IMG/VR virus record: IMGVR_UViG_3300021468_000001
Coordinates: 1 to 64,000 of that record
Strand: one strand, 5' to 3'
Origin: a virus
Length of the DNA stretch: 64,000 nt
Shown here: positions 20,931 to 30,224 of the stretch, in pieces
How positions within the stretch are numbered: position 1 is the first letter of the stretch
Layout: the number at the start of each line of letters is the position of its first letter
The notes under the pieces: generated by a model
Told to the model about the DNA's origin: nothing
Databases searched by the model: none
The model's input: the letters and a program-made list of their open reading frames with translations, nothing else
Translations under genes and position numbers: made by a program

Positions 20931-20959
20931 ACTTTATCATTCCTGCACTTCCTTTTCAA
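20931..20959 (-). promoter_or_regulatory. Sigma70-type promoter upstream of the structured RNA
   Basis: TTGAAA-17 nt-TAAAGT with TGn extended -10. Confidence 0.55.
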
Positions 20960-21566
20960 CTTCAGGCGGCTGAACGACCATGTAGTTTTGAGTCTGTGCG
21001 ATAGGCGACTCGACATTCCCCTCGCCGAGCGCTTTTCGCAATCCCTCGTAAAGCGCCGCGATAAAGGCCGTTGATTCGTTGATGTTCCTGGCGAGCACTT
21101 TCAGGTCCCTTGTCTCGTAGAAGTCACCTTCGTCATAGACGCGCGCTAAAATACCGTGCGCCTTGCAAATATCCAGCATCCGCACGACAAGAAGGTGCGC
21201 CTTCAAAAACTCTTCTGCGTATTGCGTTTTCGTGAAGTGGCCTCCACGCCACCGCTCTGACTTCCCAAGCCGCCCGAGTATGATGGTGAAACTTTCGCAA
21301 CCAGGCCCGACGTTTACCCTGAGTATGAGCCCGTTCGCATACCCGCAGTAAAGGCTCCTGTCACTGGGGAAGTCGTCCGATATCTTCATCATTTTGGCGA
21401 GTTCAAATTCATCTCTGTCTCCGCTTTCTGTCGCTACTACCGAGCGAACTAGCCCTACCGCGCTCACGGGAAGGCCCAGAATCTCTTGCCGAATGGCATT
21501 CAGCTTGCGTTCGAGCACAGCCTTGGGACCGTCGAACGCAAAGCCGTAATGGATTGTGAGTCCCAT
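20937..21566 (-). CDS. Phage hypothetical protein
   Basis: MGLTIHY...FTKTQYA...AH...DEGDFYETRD; RBS. Confidence 0.8.
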   Translation of the reverse strand: MGLTIHYGFAFDGPKAVLERKLNAIRQEILGLPVSAVGLVRSVVATESGDRDEFELAKMMKISDDFPSDRSLYCGYANGLILRVNVGPGCESFTIILGRLGKSERWRGGHFTKTQYAEEFLKAHLLVVRMLDICKAHGILARVYDEGDFYETRDLKVLARNINESTAFIAALYEGLRKALGEGNVESPIAQTQNYMVVQPPEVEKEVQE

Positions 21567-24500
21567 CTTCAATCCTCCTCACTCATTTTCTGCAGCGCAT
21601 CGTTCGCCGCTTTCGCAAGTAACAACCACCCGCCTAGCCGCATCTTTCGCGCAACGTCAACCGCGCTGCTTGCATACTGCCTCCCGCGGCGGATGTTACC
21701 ATCTTCCAGGCAACAAATCACGAGCCGTAAGTACTGCTTCAACATTTCAACTGCTTCTCCCTTCGACATGCCTGCCCCTCCAAAACAGCCCTCCGGGCTT
21801 GTCGAATACGAGCGCGCAACTCTAAAACTACATCACCGCCAAACTCTGTTGAGATTGAAGATAGCAGCCTTGAAGCACGCTCAATCATTCCCGGGTTGCC
21901 CGTAGTAACCGCGGCTTCGAGAACCTCAAGTACTTCACGCTGCCTATTCCTGACAACCTCAACTTGCCTGCGAAGCGTCGAAGTCTCCGCCATCCCATCT
22001 ACTGCCTCAATAAACCGCTCGCAAAACGAAAGGAAGTCGCAGTCGAGGCCCGCGACGATGTAAAGATTACGCAGTGCGTCTATTCGAAGTCCACGTTGCG
22101 CTATCGCCCCTCTTCGTTTTTGCTTTCGCTCCGGGTTGAACCGTATCATCATAGCCTCCTTTTATCCATATTGCCGTAGTAATCTGAGACCCGAACTCTT
22201 GCTCCAGTGCCGCGACTATTCCCCAATTTGCAGGCAATCCCAGTCGCTTGAGCCCGCGCTTCACGCGCCTGCTCCACTGCGCTGCTTTACCGCGACACTT
22301 GTTCAACTCAATCTTTATCTGATGTTTGCTTATCATCGTTCTATCCTTTCGACTCGCCCCGTCGTGAAGTCTGTCAACTTTAAGCCCGGGCCTTCCTGCT
22401 CCACCTTGATCTCCGCTTTCCACCACATTGGCGTCTGCAGTCCAATCACGACTCCCCAGCGCCGCTCCTTCCGAACCACCAAGGCAACCCCCCCCTGCTC
22501 CGCCATCTTGATAGCCCAGGCCAAAGCACCGCGTAAACTCCACCACTTCCGCATCTTTACGCCTGCACCCTCTAGCCTCGCATTCATGAAGATTCTCCCA
22601 AAGGAGGCCGTTACGTTGCGGCTCGTCCACCGCTCAGTCCAGCTCGGCAAGCTGCGTGCCTACTGTATCCGTCCCATCGGGCTCAGTCGCATGAAACAAC
22701 ACGCCGTTGTCAATCCACCACACGAAGCCGTGATAGTCGTCCATCTTTTCGCCAGACAGCAGGCATTTCCAGCAAGCCTCACAGACCTGCAATTCGCAGC
22801 CGCAGTAGCCTGCTTTCATCTCTTTCTCTGCATCCTTACCGCAAAAGACGCAGTCCATCTCAAACCTCCTTATAAGGCCGCATCCTCCAGGCATCTTGCG
22901 ATGAATCGGAAAACGTCCACTAATATAGTGAGACGCCACACGTCAGGCTCACGCCCGAAGACCATTCTCGCCAACTCCTTCTTGCTTGGCCCGCGGTGAA
23001 AGCACCAGCGGAATTTTATCACCCGGACTACTCTCCCCTCGCGCCTCCACAGGTAGTAATCTGCGTTCATTACGCCTAGCGGCACCCGCATTTGATACCA
23101 CTTCTCGCCGTCCACTGTTACTTGCCTTGCATTCATCACTCGGCCTCCCTATAGCAGCTCAACACGCCAATTGGCTTTCCAGTTGCTTAACCTGCCTCAC
23201 GCTCCACTTTTCAAACTCGCTGCTGAACCGTCCCGGTGTGCTCCACCTTCCGCGGTGCGAGCCTTCACGCCCGAGACCCCTTCGTTCTAATTCCGCCCAC
23301 GTCCACATACGCGGCGCGCTGCGTTTCCAGGCGCTCCTATCTACTACCGCTAACTGCCGCGTTATCGGCTCCCGCAAGTGGCCAGAGAATCGGAAGCCTG
23401 CGAATGCTCCGTTCATGCGCAGCGACACGTAAAATGACTCCGTTGTCTTCGCGCTGCTTACATACAGGTCTTTCGCGTTGCAGCCCCATCTGGCCAATAT
23501 CAGAAGCACGCACGCCGCGTCGCGCGCATACGTATCCTCTCCCGCTACTAGTCGCCGCAATGCGCAGCGTATGTTGCCTTTCTCTTTCTTCCAGAGCGGG
23601 TCCAACTCCGTCCTTTCCCAGGCCTCCCGCACCAGTTTACGAGCAATGCGCGCCGCCTTGCGCCAAACCTGCCGCCCTAATTCGTCACTCATCTGTCGCT
23701 GCCTCCTTCAGCGGCTTGATAAAAACTCCAATTCATAAGCAATCCTTGGCGCTGGCGCTATCTTCACACGAACGCCGTTCACGGTCTGAACAGGCTCTCC
23801 GCGCCGCGTCGTCCAGCCCACAAAATCAAGCCCGGCCCTCTCAACCGCGCCCTTGAGTTTACGGCAAAACCGCTGCCGGCTTTCCTCAACCCGCTTCTTC
23901 AACAATGACAATTTATACTCCAGATCATCTGCCCGTGAAGCCCTCGAAGTCTCCATCTCCACTACATCAATCACATGTTGAGAGTCGCCGTCTATCACCC
24001 AAACAACAAACGGCCTCCCCGTCTTGCTTTTCTCGGACGCTCGCACATAGGCTGTGTATCCAAGTCGCTCCAACGCCGCAGCCACACCTTCTGCCTCTTC
24101 CCTTGTTCGCATTGCATGGAACACCGCAAACTTTTCCGCCTCCGTCTTGCGCTTCATTATATCCTCCCTATATCGCTACGATTATTTCTCTGCGCTCAAC
24201 ACAAGGCCGCTTCTCAAGCGCGATCATCGCACGCTCCCAATTTCTCCACTTCTCCTCGTAGGCCTCCTCCGCCTCACGCCGCGCCCTGTAAACCGTCTTG
24301 CCGCCGTCGTGACTCCACACTACGCCCGGCGGCACGCCTTCGCCGCACCAGACTTTCCCAACGCGCTCCCACCGCGGCCCCATCCCGTTCCGAAACCTGC
24401 TCATTGCTCGCCCCCTCTAAAATTTCCCCCTCCACGCAAACGGGCCTATTACCAATGTTCCTCCTTCGTCCTCTGACCGAGCAGGCACCATCACCGCCTT

Positions 24501-25533
24501 CTCCTTCCGAAGTACCTGAGCCAAAATGTCAATGTGCTGACGAACCCATAAGTCCGCTTCAACAAACCCTATAGCCCACTCTATCGCTTCTCGCGCAGTC
24601 TCGCACTGCGATACGCCAAGCGGCGGAACGTCAACTATCCGCCCGTCCCGCCTCACAACTATCGCCAAGTATGCATTCCGCTCCATAATTCTTCCCTCAA
24701 CCGCTCAATCTATTCCGCCTACTGTTGTTTCCACTGCGATTGTCGGATACAGGCGACGTAGCAACCGCTTGAACGCCCCTTCGACTTCGTCCGGGTTTCT
24801 TGGCGCATTGCCCACCGATTCGCAGAGCCGAATTGCTTTCATGCAGTTCCGCACTGCTTCTCCGGCTGTATCGCCCCAGTCTGTCCATCTCCAATCCGTC
24901 CATTCCGCTCGCGCCTTCCATCGCTTCGTTTCCAGCGAGAATTCGATTGATACCTTTATCATCAGCACGTCCTCCAATCCACGACGTTTTTGCGAGCAGG
25001 CGAGTCAGGCTATTCACGCCTCAGTATTGCGTCCGTAACTTCCGCCGCCGCGTCGCGCACTTTCTCCATCATCTGGACGGCTTCCTGCAGCACTCGCAGC
25101 AGCTGCTTGGCAGGGCCTTCCGCCCCGCTGCCACTGTGGTCATAAACCGCGTCCTCGAGCGCGGCAAACCACATGAAGACGTTGCACAGACGCCCGCGCA
25201 ATTCCGCCGTGAATTTCTCCGCTTTCTCAATCGCGGCATCATGCTTTGCCTGCCCTTCCATTTTCCAGCCTCCTACGATTTGTCCGCAACCGCGGCGATT
25301 GTCTCCGCGGCCGACCGCAATTCGCCTATTTCACGGAACAAGTCATCCATAGCGCACGACAGGTCGCGCCCGTCACTATAGACCTTGTTCCTGATCGCCT
25401 CAAACTGCGTGGCCACCCTGCGGAGTTGCTCGCGAAACAGCACGAACAAGGCGGTTACTTCTCCGAGTTGTTGCGCTCCCATCTTCCGGCCTCCTATTGC
25501 AGCCCGACCGCATCCTGTTTTAGGGACGCGCGC

Positions 25534-25818
25534 GCGCCCGTATATCGCACGCCCGTATATAATATATATAGCCGGTCGCGCTCTGCGTTCCAGGGCGCGT
25601 GCGATCTGCGTTGTCTGCGCCTGCGCACTCCCAGGGGATTTCCCGCCCGCGTATTTGCGCTCGCACAAGTCGCAAGTCGACAGGGTTTTCTGCGAGCATA
25701 CGAGCCGTATGTGCGCGCTCGCGTAGCACGCACCCGCGCCCGCCCGTAGTACGTAGCACGTTTGCCCGCGCCCGTAGTACGTGCGCCCGTAGCACGCGCT
25801 CGCGCCTGTGTAGCACGT
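25534..25818. repeat. Non-coding cluster of GCCCGTA and TAGCACG direct repeats beside an AT-rich patch
   Basis: GCCCGTATAT x2, CGCCCGTAGTACGT x2, TAGCACG x4; TATATAATATATATA near 25556-25570. Confidence 0.7.
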
Positions 25819-25825
25819 GAGCGCG

Positions 25826-25868
25826 AAAAAAAAGAGCGCGGGGCGGGGCGCCCGCCGCCCACGCCCGC
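25826..25868 (-). terminator. Intrinsic terminator
   Basis: GC-rich hairpin followed by U8 downstream of 25975..26289. Confidence 0.6.
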
Positions 25869-26740
25869 GCCCACGTGATCCCGTGTCCGTGTCCGCGCGC
25901 CCCACCACGAACGGCGGACGGGGCGGCCCTGTGGCCGCCCGCGCCCGTCCGCGCCCGTGTGGTGGTGGTAGTGATCATTTTCGCGCGCCCGCCTTCTGCG
26001 CGGTTTTCTGGCCGGCCTGCATTTCGGCGAAGGCCGCGTCCACGACCGCGGCCAGTTTGCCAGAATACGCGAGCGCGGCCAGTTTGTACTTGTCCACCGC
26101 GGCCGCGCCACGTTTCAGTTGCGCGAATTCCGCGCCCGTGTCCACACAGACGCCCGCGCCCGGTTCTGTTCCGTCGCGCTCGTGACGTTCGCGAATGTGC
26201 GCGCGCGCGAGAAGCCAGTACGCGTGCGCCGGCTCGGCATTTTTGCCGTTGCCGTTGCCGTTGTTTCGACCATTGTTCGAGAGTCCCATCCCAAGACCTC
26301 CTATAGGGTTATTCTACGCGCGCGTTATACGCGCACCTTTTTCCGCGAACACCGCGGCGACCGCATCTGCCGCCGCACGTAACAGATTGTATTCGTGCTC
26401 GTTCATCACGTATCCCCTTATACACGCGCCCGCGTCGCCGCCGACCACCCGCGGCGCGCGTTCCATGTCGCGCCCTCGAGCGCCGTCTGTCGCCCGCCGC
26501 CTGCCGCACAGGCCCAATCCGCGAGCGCGTATCGCAACGCCGCGGATATCACCGACGCCAACGCCGCCGACGCCAACGCCACCACGCCCGCCTTGAACGC
26601 GCTCACGAAGAGCCGCGCGTTGAATCGGTCTTCCACGCCCGCGTTTCGATATGCGCCCGCAAATTCCCGCTTCCAATCCACCGCGTATTCCATGATCACC
26701 ACCTCCACATTGTCCGCCGCGGCCCACCCGTGACCGCCAC

Positions 26741-26769
26741 AATATACCCCACGGTCGCCGGACCCGCAA
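26741..26769 (-). promoter_or_regulatory. Leftward sigma70-type promoter (early arm)
   Basis: TTGCGG-17 nt-TATATT. Confidence 0.65.
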
Positions 26770-26909
26770 ACTTGCCCAAAACAAAAAATCCGCCGCCGCC
26801 GCGGGACGGCCGCAAACCGTTGCGCCACAAGGGGTTGCAAAATTGAAGCGGGGTCCGCAACGGGCCACGCAGCCCTCCACTCTCCTCGATGTATGAAGCT
26901 AAATGGGGC

Positions 26910-26938
26910 TTGCGTGTGGTGGGGTAGGGATGTAGAAT
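26910..26938 (+). promoter_or_regulatory. Rightward sigma70-type promoter (packaging/structural arm)
   Basis: TTGCGT-17 nt-TAGAAT. Confidence 0.65.
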
Positions 26939-26966
26939 AGTGTAGGAGATAGGGAGGAGACGAGAC

Positions 26967-27389
26967 GTGGGGCGAAAGGTAAGGGGGTTAGGGCGCGAGG
27001 TAGTTGAGGCGGTGATAGGGGGGATAGAGCGCGGGATAGAGGTAGGGGACATGGTACAGTTAGCGGTGCTGTGGGGCGAGTTATGGGAGGCGGAGGTAAG
27101 GAGCATGGGGGCAGTGAGGGCGCGGATAGGGGAGGTGAGGGAGCGGTTGGAAGGGGAGGTAGTAAAGCGGTTAGGGGAGGCAGAAGAGGTAAAAGGGAGG
27201 ATGTTAGAGGGGTGTGGGCGGATGATACAGGTGATGGCAGCGCGGCGGTATTTGATGGCGGAGCGTGCTGAGGCAGTAGAGCGTGGCGAGTGGAGGGCGG
27301 ATGGGCGGATAAAGGAGTGGCGCAAGATAGTGGGGGAGGTAGGGCGGTGCGCGAAGAAGAAGAATGGGGGCAAGGCAAGTGACGAATGA
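26967..27389 (+). CDS. Putative terminase small subunit
   Basis: Directly upstream of and overlapping the large subunit, helical, GGAGG RBS; function by position only. Confidence 0.5.
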   Translation: MGRKVRGLGREVVEAVIGGIERGIEVGDMVQLAVLWGELWEAEVRSMGAVRARIGEVRERLEGEVVKRLGEAEEVKGRMLEGCGRMIQVMAARRYLMAERAEAVERGEWRADGRIKEWRKIVGEVGRCAKKKNGGKASDE

Positions 27390-30192
27390 GGACAAGTTAC
27401 GGCGATTGGTAGGGTATCGGCCGGAGAGCAAGGAAGAGTTGTGGTTGTACTACAAAGCGGCGTTTGGGATGGGGCTGGTGCGAGAAAGTGTCTGTGAGGC
27501 ACACAGTTCGCAATTAGATTTTGCGTGGGAGATGGTGCGAGGCGGTGCGGGGAACATAATAGCGCTGGCATGTCGGCATGGTGGGAAGACAAGCACGGCA
27601 GCGGCAAGTACGTTGGTGCGGGCAGTTACGCAGCCTGATCTTGATGGATTTGTAATGAGCGGATGTGTTGCACCGTGGCAATTTTTGGTAGTGCAGGAAG
27701 GTGGGATGGTGTATTGCAAGCCGCTTGGTTGGGCAAAGGCAGGTGACGTGGTATGGACAAAAGAGGGATGGCGGAAGGTTAAAGCAGTAATGGTAAAGCC
27801 TGGGATAGAGGAGTTTTCGCGGCTTCGGACCGCGATAGGAGATATAACGACGACCGGCGACCATCTAATATACATAAAGGATGCAATAGATGGGGACCGG
27901 AAGTGGGTTCCTGCGAAGGATATAGGGCGTTTGCAGGTGCCGCTAGTCCCGACGCGAGGGGCTGACGGCTCGAGATTGTTACCATCGGATGAAAACTCCA
28001 CGCTCGATCCATATCTGGCTGGAGTGATGGCAGGTCTTCCGGTAGACAAAAAGAGAAGTACAAGCGAAATGCTTTATGTCAGGTGGGGGTGGCGGGCTCC
28101 TGTGGGCATGAAGAGCAAAAAGGGATTGGCTTGGCGAGCTGAGCGCGAGAAGGCATCATGCTTGGGGGCACTAGGGTATGCGGCAAAGATACTGAAAGGC
28201 GTGGGGGTCTATCTTCACATATATGAATGTAGTGGCGAGAAGGAAGGGTCTTTTAGCACAACTGTACCGGTAGCTTCGATTCCTCGAGCGTATCTCGAAC
28301 AGGACATTCGTTGGTATTGGCGGTACGATCGCGAGTGGCGGAGGCGCTTTCTGGAAGCATTTTTTGCGGTCGCATTTCGGAAAACTTCGTATGGGAAGGC
28401 GGGATATTTTCGGAGAAATGCTGGGGATGCTATATATTTTAGGGCAAGAGGATTGCCGCAAATCCCGGATCTTGTGAACGAACCTCTTTGGCGGCAGGAG
28501 ATTGCTAAGGCAAGCATAATCCTTTTGCTGAGTTTGGACGTTGCCGAGTTGTGGATGATCCCTACATGGCCGAAGTTCCCAACATGGATGCCATATAGTA
28601 GTCAGTTTCCTGCATTGGTTTGGTTTAGGCCGGGGTCCTCAATACCGATAACAGATATGCCGTTTAGGTCAGCAGTTTTCAAGGATAGCACGCTTTACAA
28701 TCCTGTTTTAATAGAACCGGCTCCTAGCGAGGTTTTTATAGGGAGGGCTGGGATAAAGGACAAGAGAAAGCGGGGCGATCCATCGGTATTTTTTGATCTT
28801 GAGATTGAGGGCGCCGACAACTTTATGATTCTACCTGGTTGCATCGTTCACAATTCAAAACGGCAGGCACGAAGATTTTATCAGTTTTTTGAAAAGATGT
28901 CGCGGAAGTCTTGGTTTGAAGATGATTTTGATGGTAGGCCGGAGAAGGAGGAAGTGCGATTCAAAACCGGGAGTCGTGTAGAGATTCTTGCTACTTCGGA
29001 AACGTCAGCGCGATCTCCTCATGGGAACTTAATTATTGCCGATGAAGCAGATGCAATTCCATCAGGCGTCTATGAATCGTTGAATTTTGCGGTTGACCTA
29101 ACAGACGAAATATCAGATAGGCGCGCCCTGTTCGTTATTACGTCAACGCAGCATAGGCTTGGTGGAAATATCTCGCGATTGCTCGAGAGATTAGAAGAAC
29201 AGGGATCGAAGCATACTCGCGTTTTTCGATGGTGCATGAGGGAGGTGATTGCTCCATGCCCGCGCGATGCGGTTTGTGCGAATTGCGACTTGTTCAATGA
29301 TTGTGGAGGTGTAGCAAAAGAAAAGCAAGACGGGTTTCTAACGAGAGAAAAACTGGTTTCATTGAAAGAACGACTGGTTAGTAAGGATGCGTGGGATCGC
29401 GAGATGATGCTGAAGCCGCCTCGAGCAGGCGATACCGCTTGTCCTCTTTTCAGGGATGGATTTCCTTATGTCTATCGCTTCGATGCGATGAAAACACTAC
29501 CTTCTTTTCATGGCTGGGATTTTGGAGTTTCGACGGCGATTGTGTTTGCCAATTTTGATGAGAAGAAACAGCGAGTTTTTGTCTTTGATGAGCGGCTTAT
29601 TCAGCATAAAGACCATCAGCACGTTGTTGATGTTGTGAATCGGATAGATGCGTATCACAGACTACCTAACCCGAAATCGTTTGGAGATCCGCATGGCGGG
29701 CAAGATATTCTTACATATGCACGTCTTGGGCATGTAATTTTGTCATATATGGGGCGGAGAAAACAGAGTAGACTAGATGTTCTAAACTGGTTTATGGAGT
29801 ATCGGGACGACGGCAAGCCCGGGATTGCAATACATCCGCGGTGCAAACAGCTAAGGCATGAATTGATTGTTGCTACTAGGGGTGACCTTATTCAGTATGA
29901 TCCGGTTTCAAAGAAGAGACTTGTAGTTGCAAAAGAAGGATTCCATATCCTAAATGCCCTAATATATCTTTTGGATGGGATTTATATGGGCCTTGATAGA
30001 AGCCGAGAGGTGTTGGCAAGAGAACGGAGAAAAGCGATAAATGCATCTTTGGGGACTGTTCCTCATCCTAATTGGGGAAAGGGCAAGAGAATTCATAATG
30101 AAGGTTCTCCGCCCTTTATCATCGAGCCTGGTGCCCCGCCTTCTCTTGATGGCATTGATGAAGGACTTGACCTTAATGCTGGCTTAGGTTAA
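27364..30192 (+). CDS. terL: Terminase large subunit with intein
   Basis: Walker A CRHGGKT, Walker B IIADEAD, TSTQ coupling motif, nuclease GWDFG. Confidence 0.93.
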   Translation: MGARQVTNEDKLRRLVGYRPESKEELWLYYKAAFGMGLVRESVCEAHSSQLDFAWEMVRGGAGNIIALACRHGGKTSTAAASTLVRAVTQPDLDGFVMSGCVAPWQFLVVQEGGMVYCKPLGWAKAGDVVWTKEGWRKVKAVMVKPGIEEFSRLRTAIGDITTTGDHLIYIKDAIDGDRKWVPAKDIGRLQVPLVPTRGADGSRLLPSDENSTLDPYLAGVMAGLPVDKKRSTSEMLYVRWGWRAPVGMKSKKGLAWRAEREKASCLGALGYAAKILKGVGVYLHIYECSGEKEGSFSTTVPVASIPRAYLEQDIRWYWRYDREWRRRFLEAFFAVAFRKTSYGKAGYFRRNAGDAIYFRARGLPQIPDLVNEPLWRQEIAKASIILLLSLDVAELWMIPTWPKFPTWMPYSSQFPALVWFRPGSSIPITDMPFRSAVFKDSTLYNPVLIEPAPSEVFIGRAGIKDKRKRGDPSVFFDLEIEGADNFMILPGCIVHNSKRQARRFYQFFEKMSRKSWFEDDFDGRPEKEEVRFKTGSRVEILATSETSARSPHGNLIIADEADAIPSGVYESLNFAVDLTDEISDRRALFVITSTQHRLGGNISRLLERLEEQGSKHTRVFRWCMREVIAPCPRDAVCANCDLFNDCGGVAKEKQDGFLTREKLVSLKERLVSKDAWDREMMLKPPRAGDTACPLFRDGFPYVYRFDAMKTLPSFHGWDFGVSTAIVFANFDEKKQRVFVFDERLIQHKDHQHVVDVVNRIDAYHRLPNPKSFGDPHGGQDILTYARLGHVILSYMGRRKQSRLDVLNWFMEYRDDGKPGIAIHPRCKQLRHELIVATRGDLIQYDPVSKKRLVVAKEGFHILNALIYLLDGIYMGLDRSREVLARERRKAINASLGTVPHPNWGKGKRIHNEGSPPFIIEPGAPPSLDGIDEGLDLNAGLG
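27664..28854 (+). mobile_element. Intein (397 aa) with probable degenerate LAGLIDADG endonuclease
   Basis: Starts CVAPW, block B TTGDH, PYLAGVMAG, FFDLEIEG.DNF, ends IVHN followed by Ser. Confidence 0.92.
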
Positions 30193-30224
30193 TCTCTGTT
30201 TGATACTCGGGGAGGATAACTTAG

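Larger units (their letters stand above)
21569..26693 (-). other. Earliest-gene array of short hypothetical CDSs (e.g. 21569..21769, 21739..22152, 22870..23139, 23159..23692, 23708..24157, 24168..24404, 24417..24686, 25010..25261, 25975..26289, 26418..26693)
   Basis: Co-oriented, RBS-preceded, downstream of the leftward promoter. Confidence 0.7.

Noticed and set aside
25494-26111. Long Arg/Ala-rich ORFs across the repeat region
   Set aside because: Products of stop-poor CG-rich sequence that span a terminator and repeats
83-26733. Numerous plus-strand ORFs in the left arm (e.g. 17405..18067, 22136..22999)
   Set aside because: Antisense shadows of coupled minus-strand genes; no RBS or protein motifs
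26696-27607. Pro/Ser-rich minus-strand ORFs of 303 and 159 aa
   Set aside because: Artefacts of the extreme G-rich plus strand opposite the terminase genes
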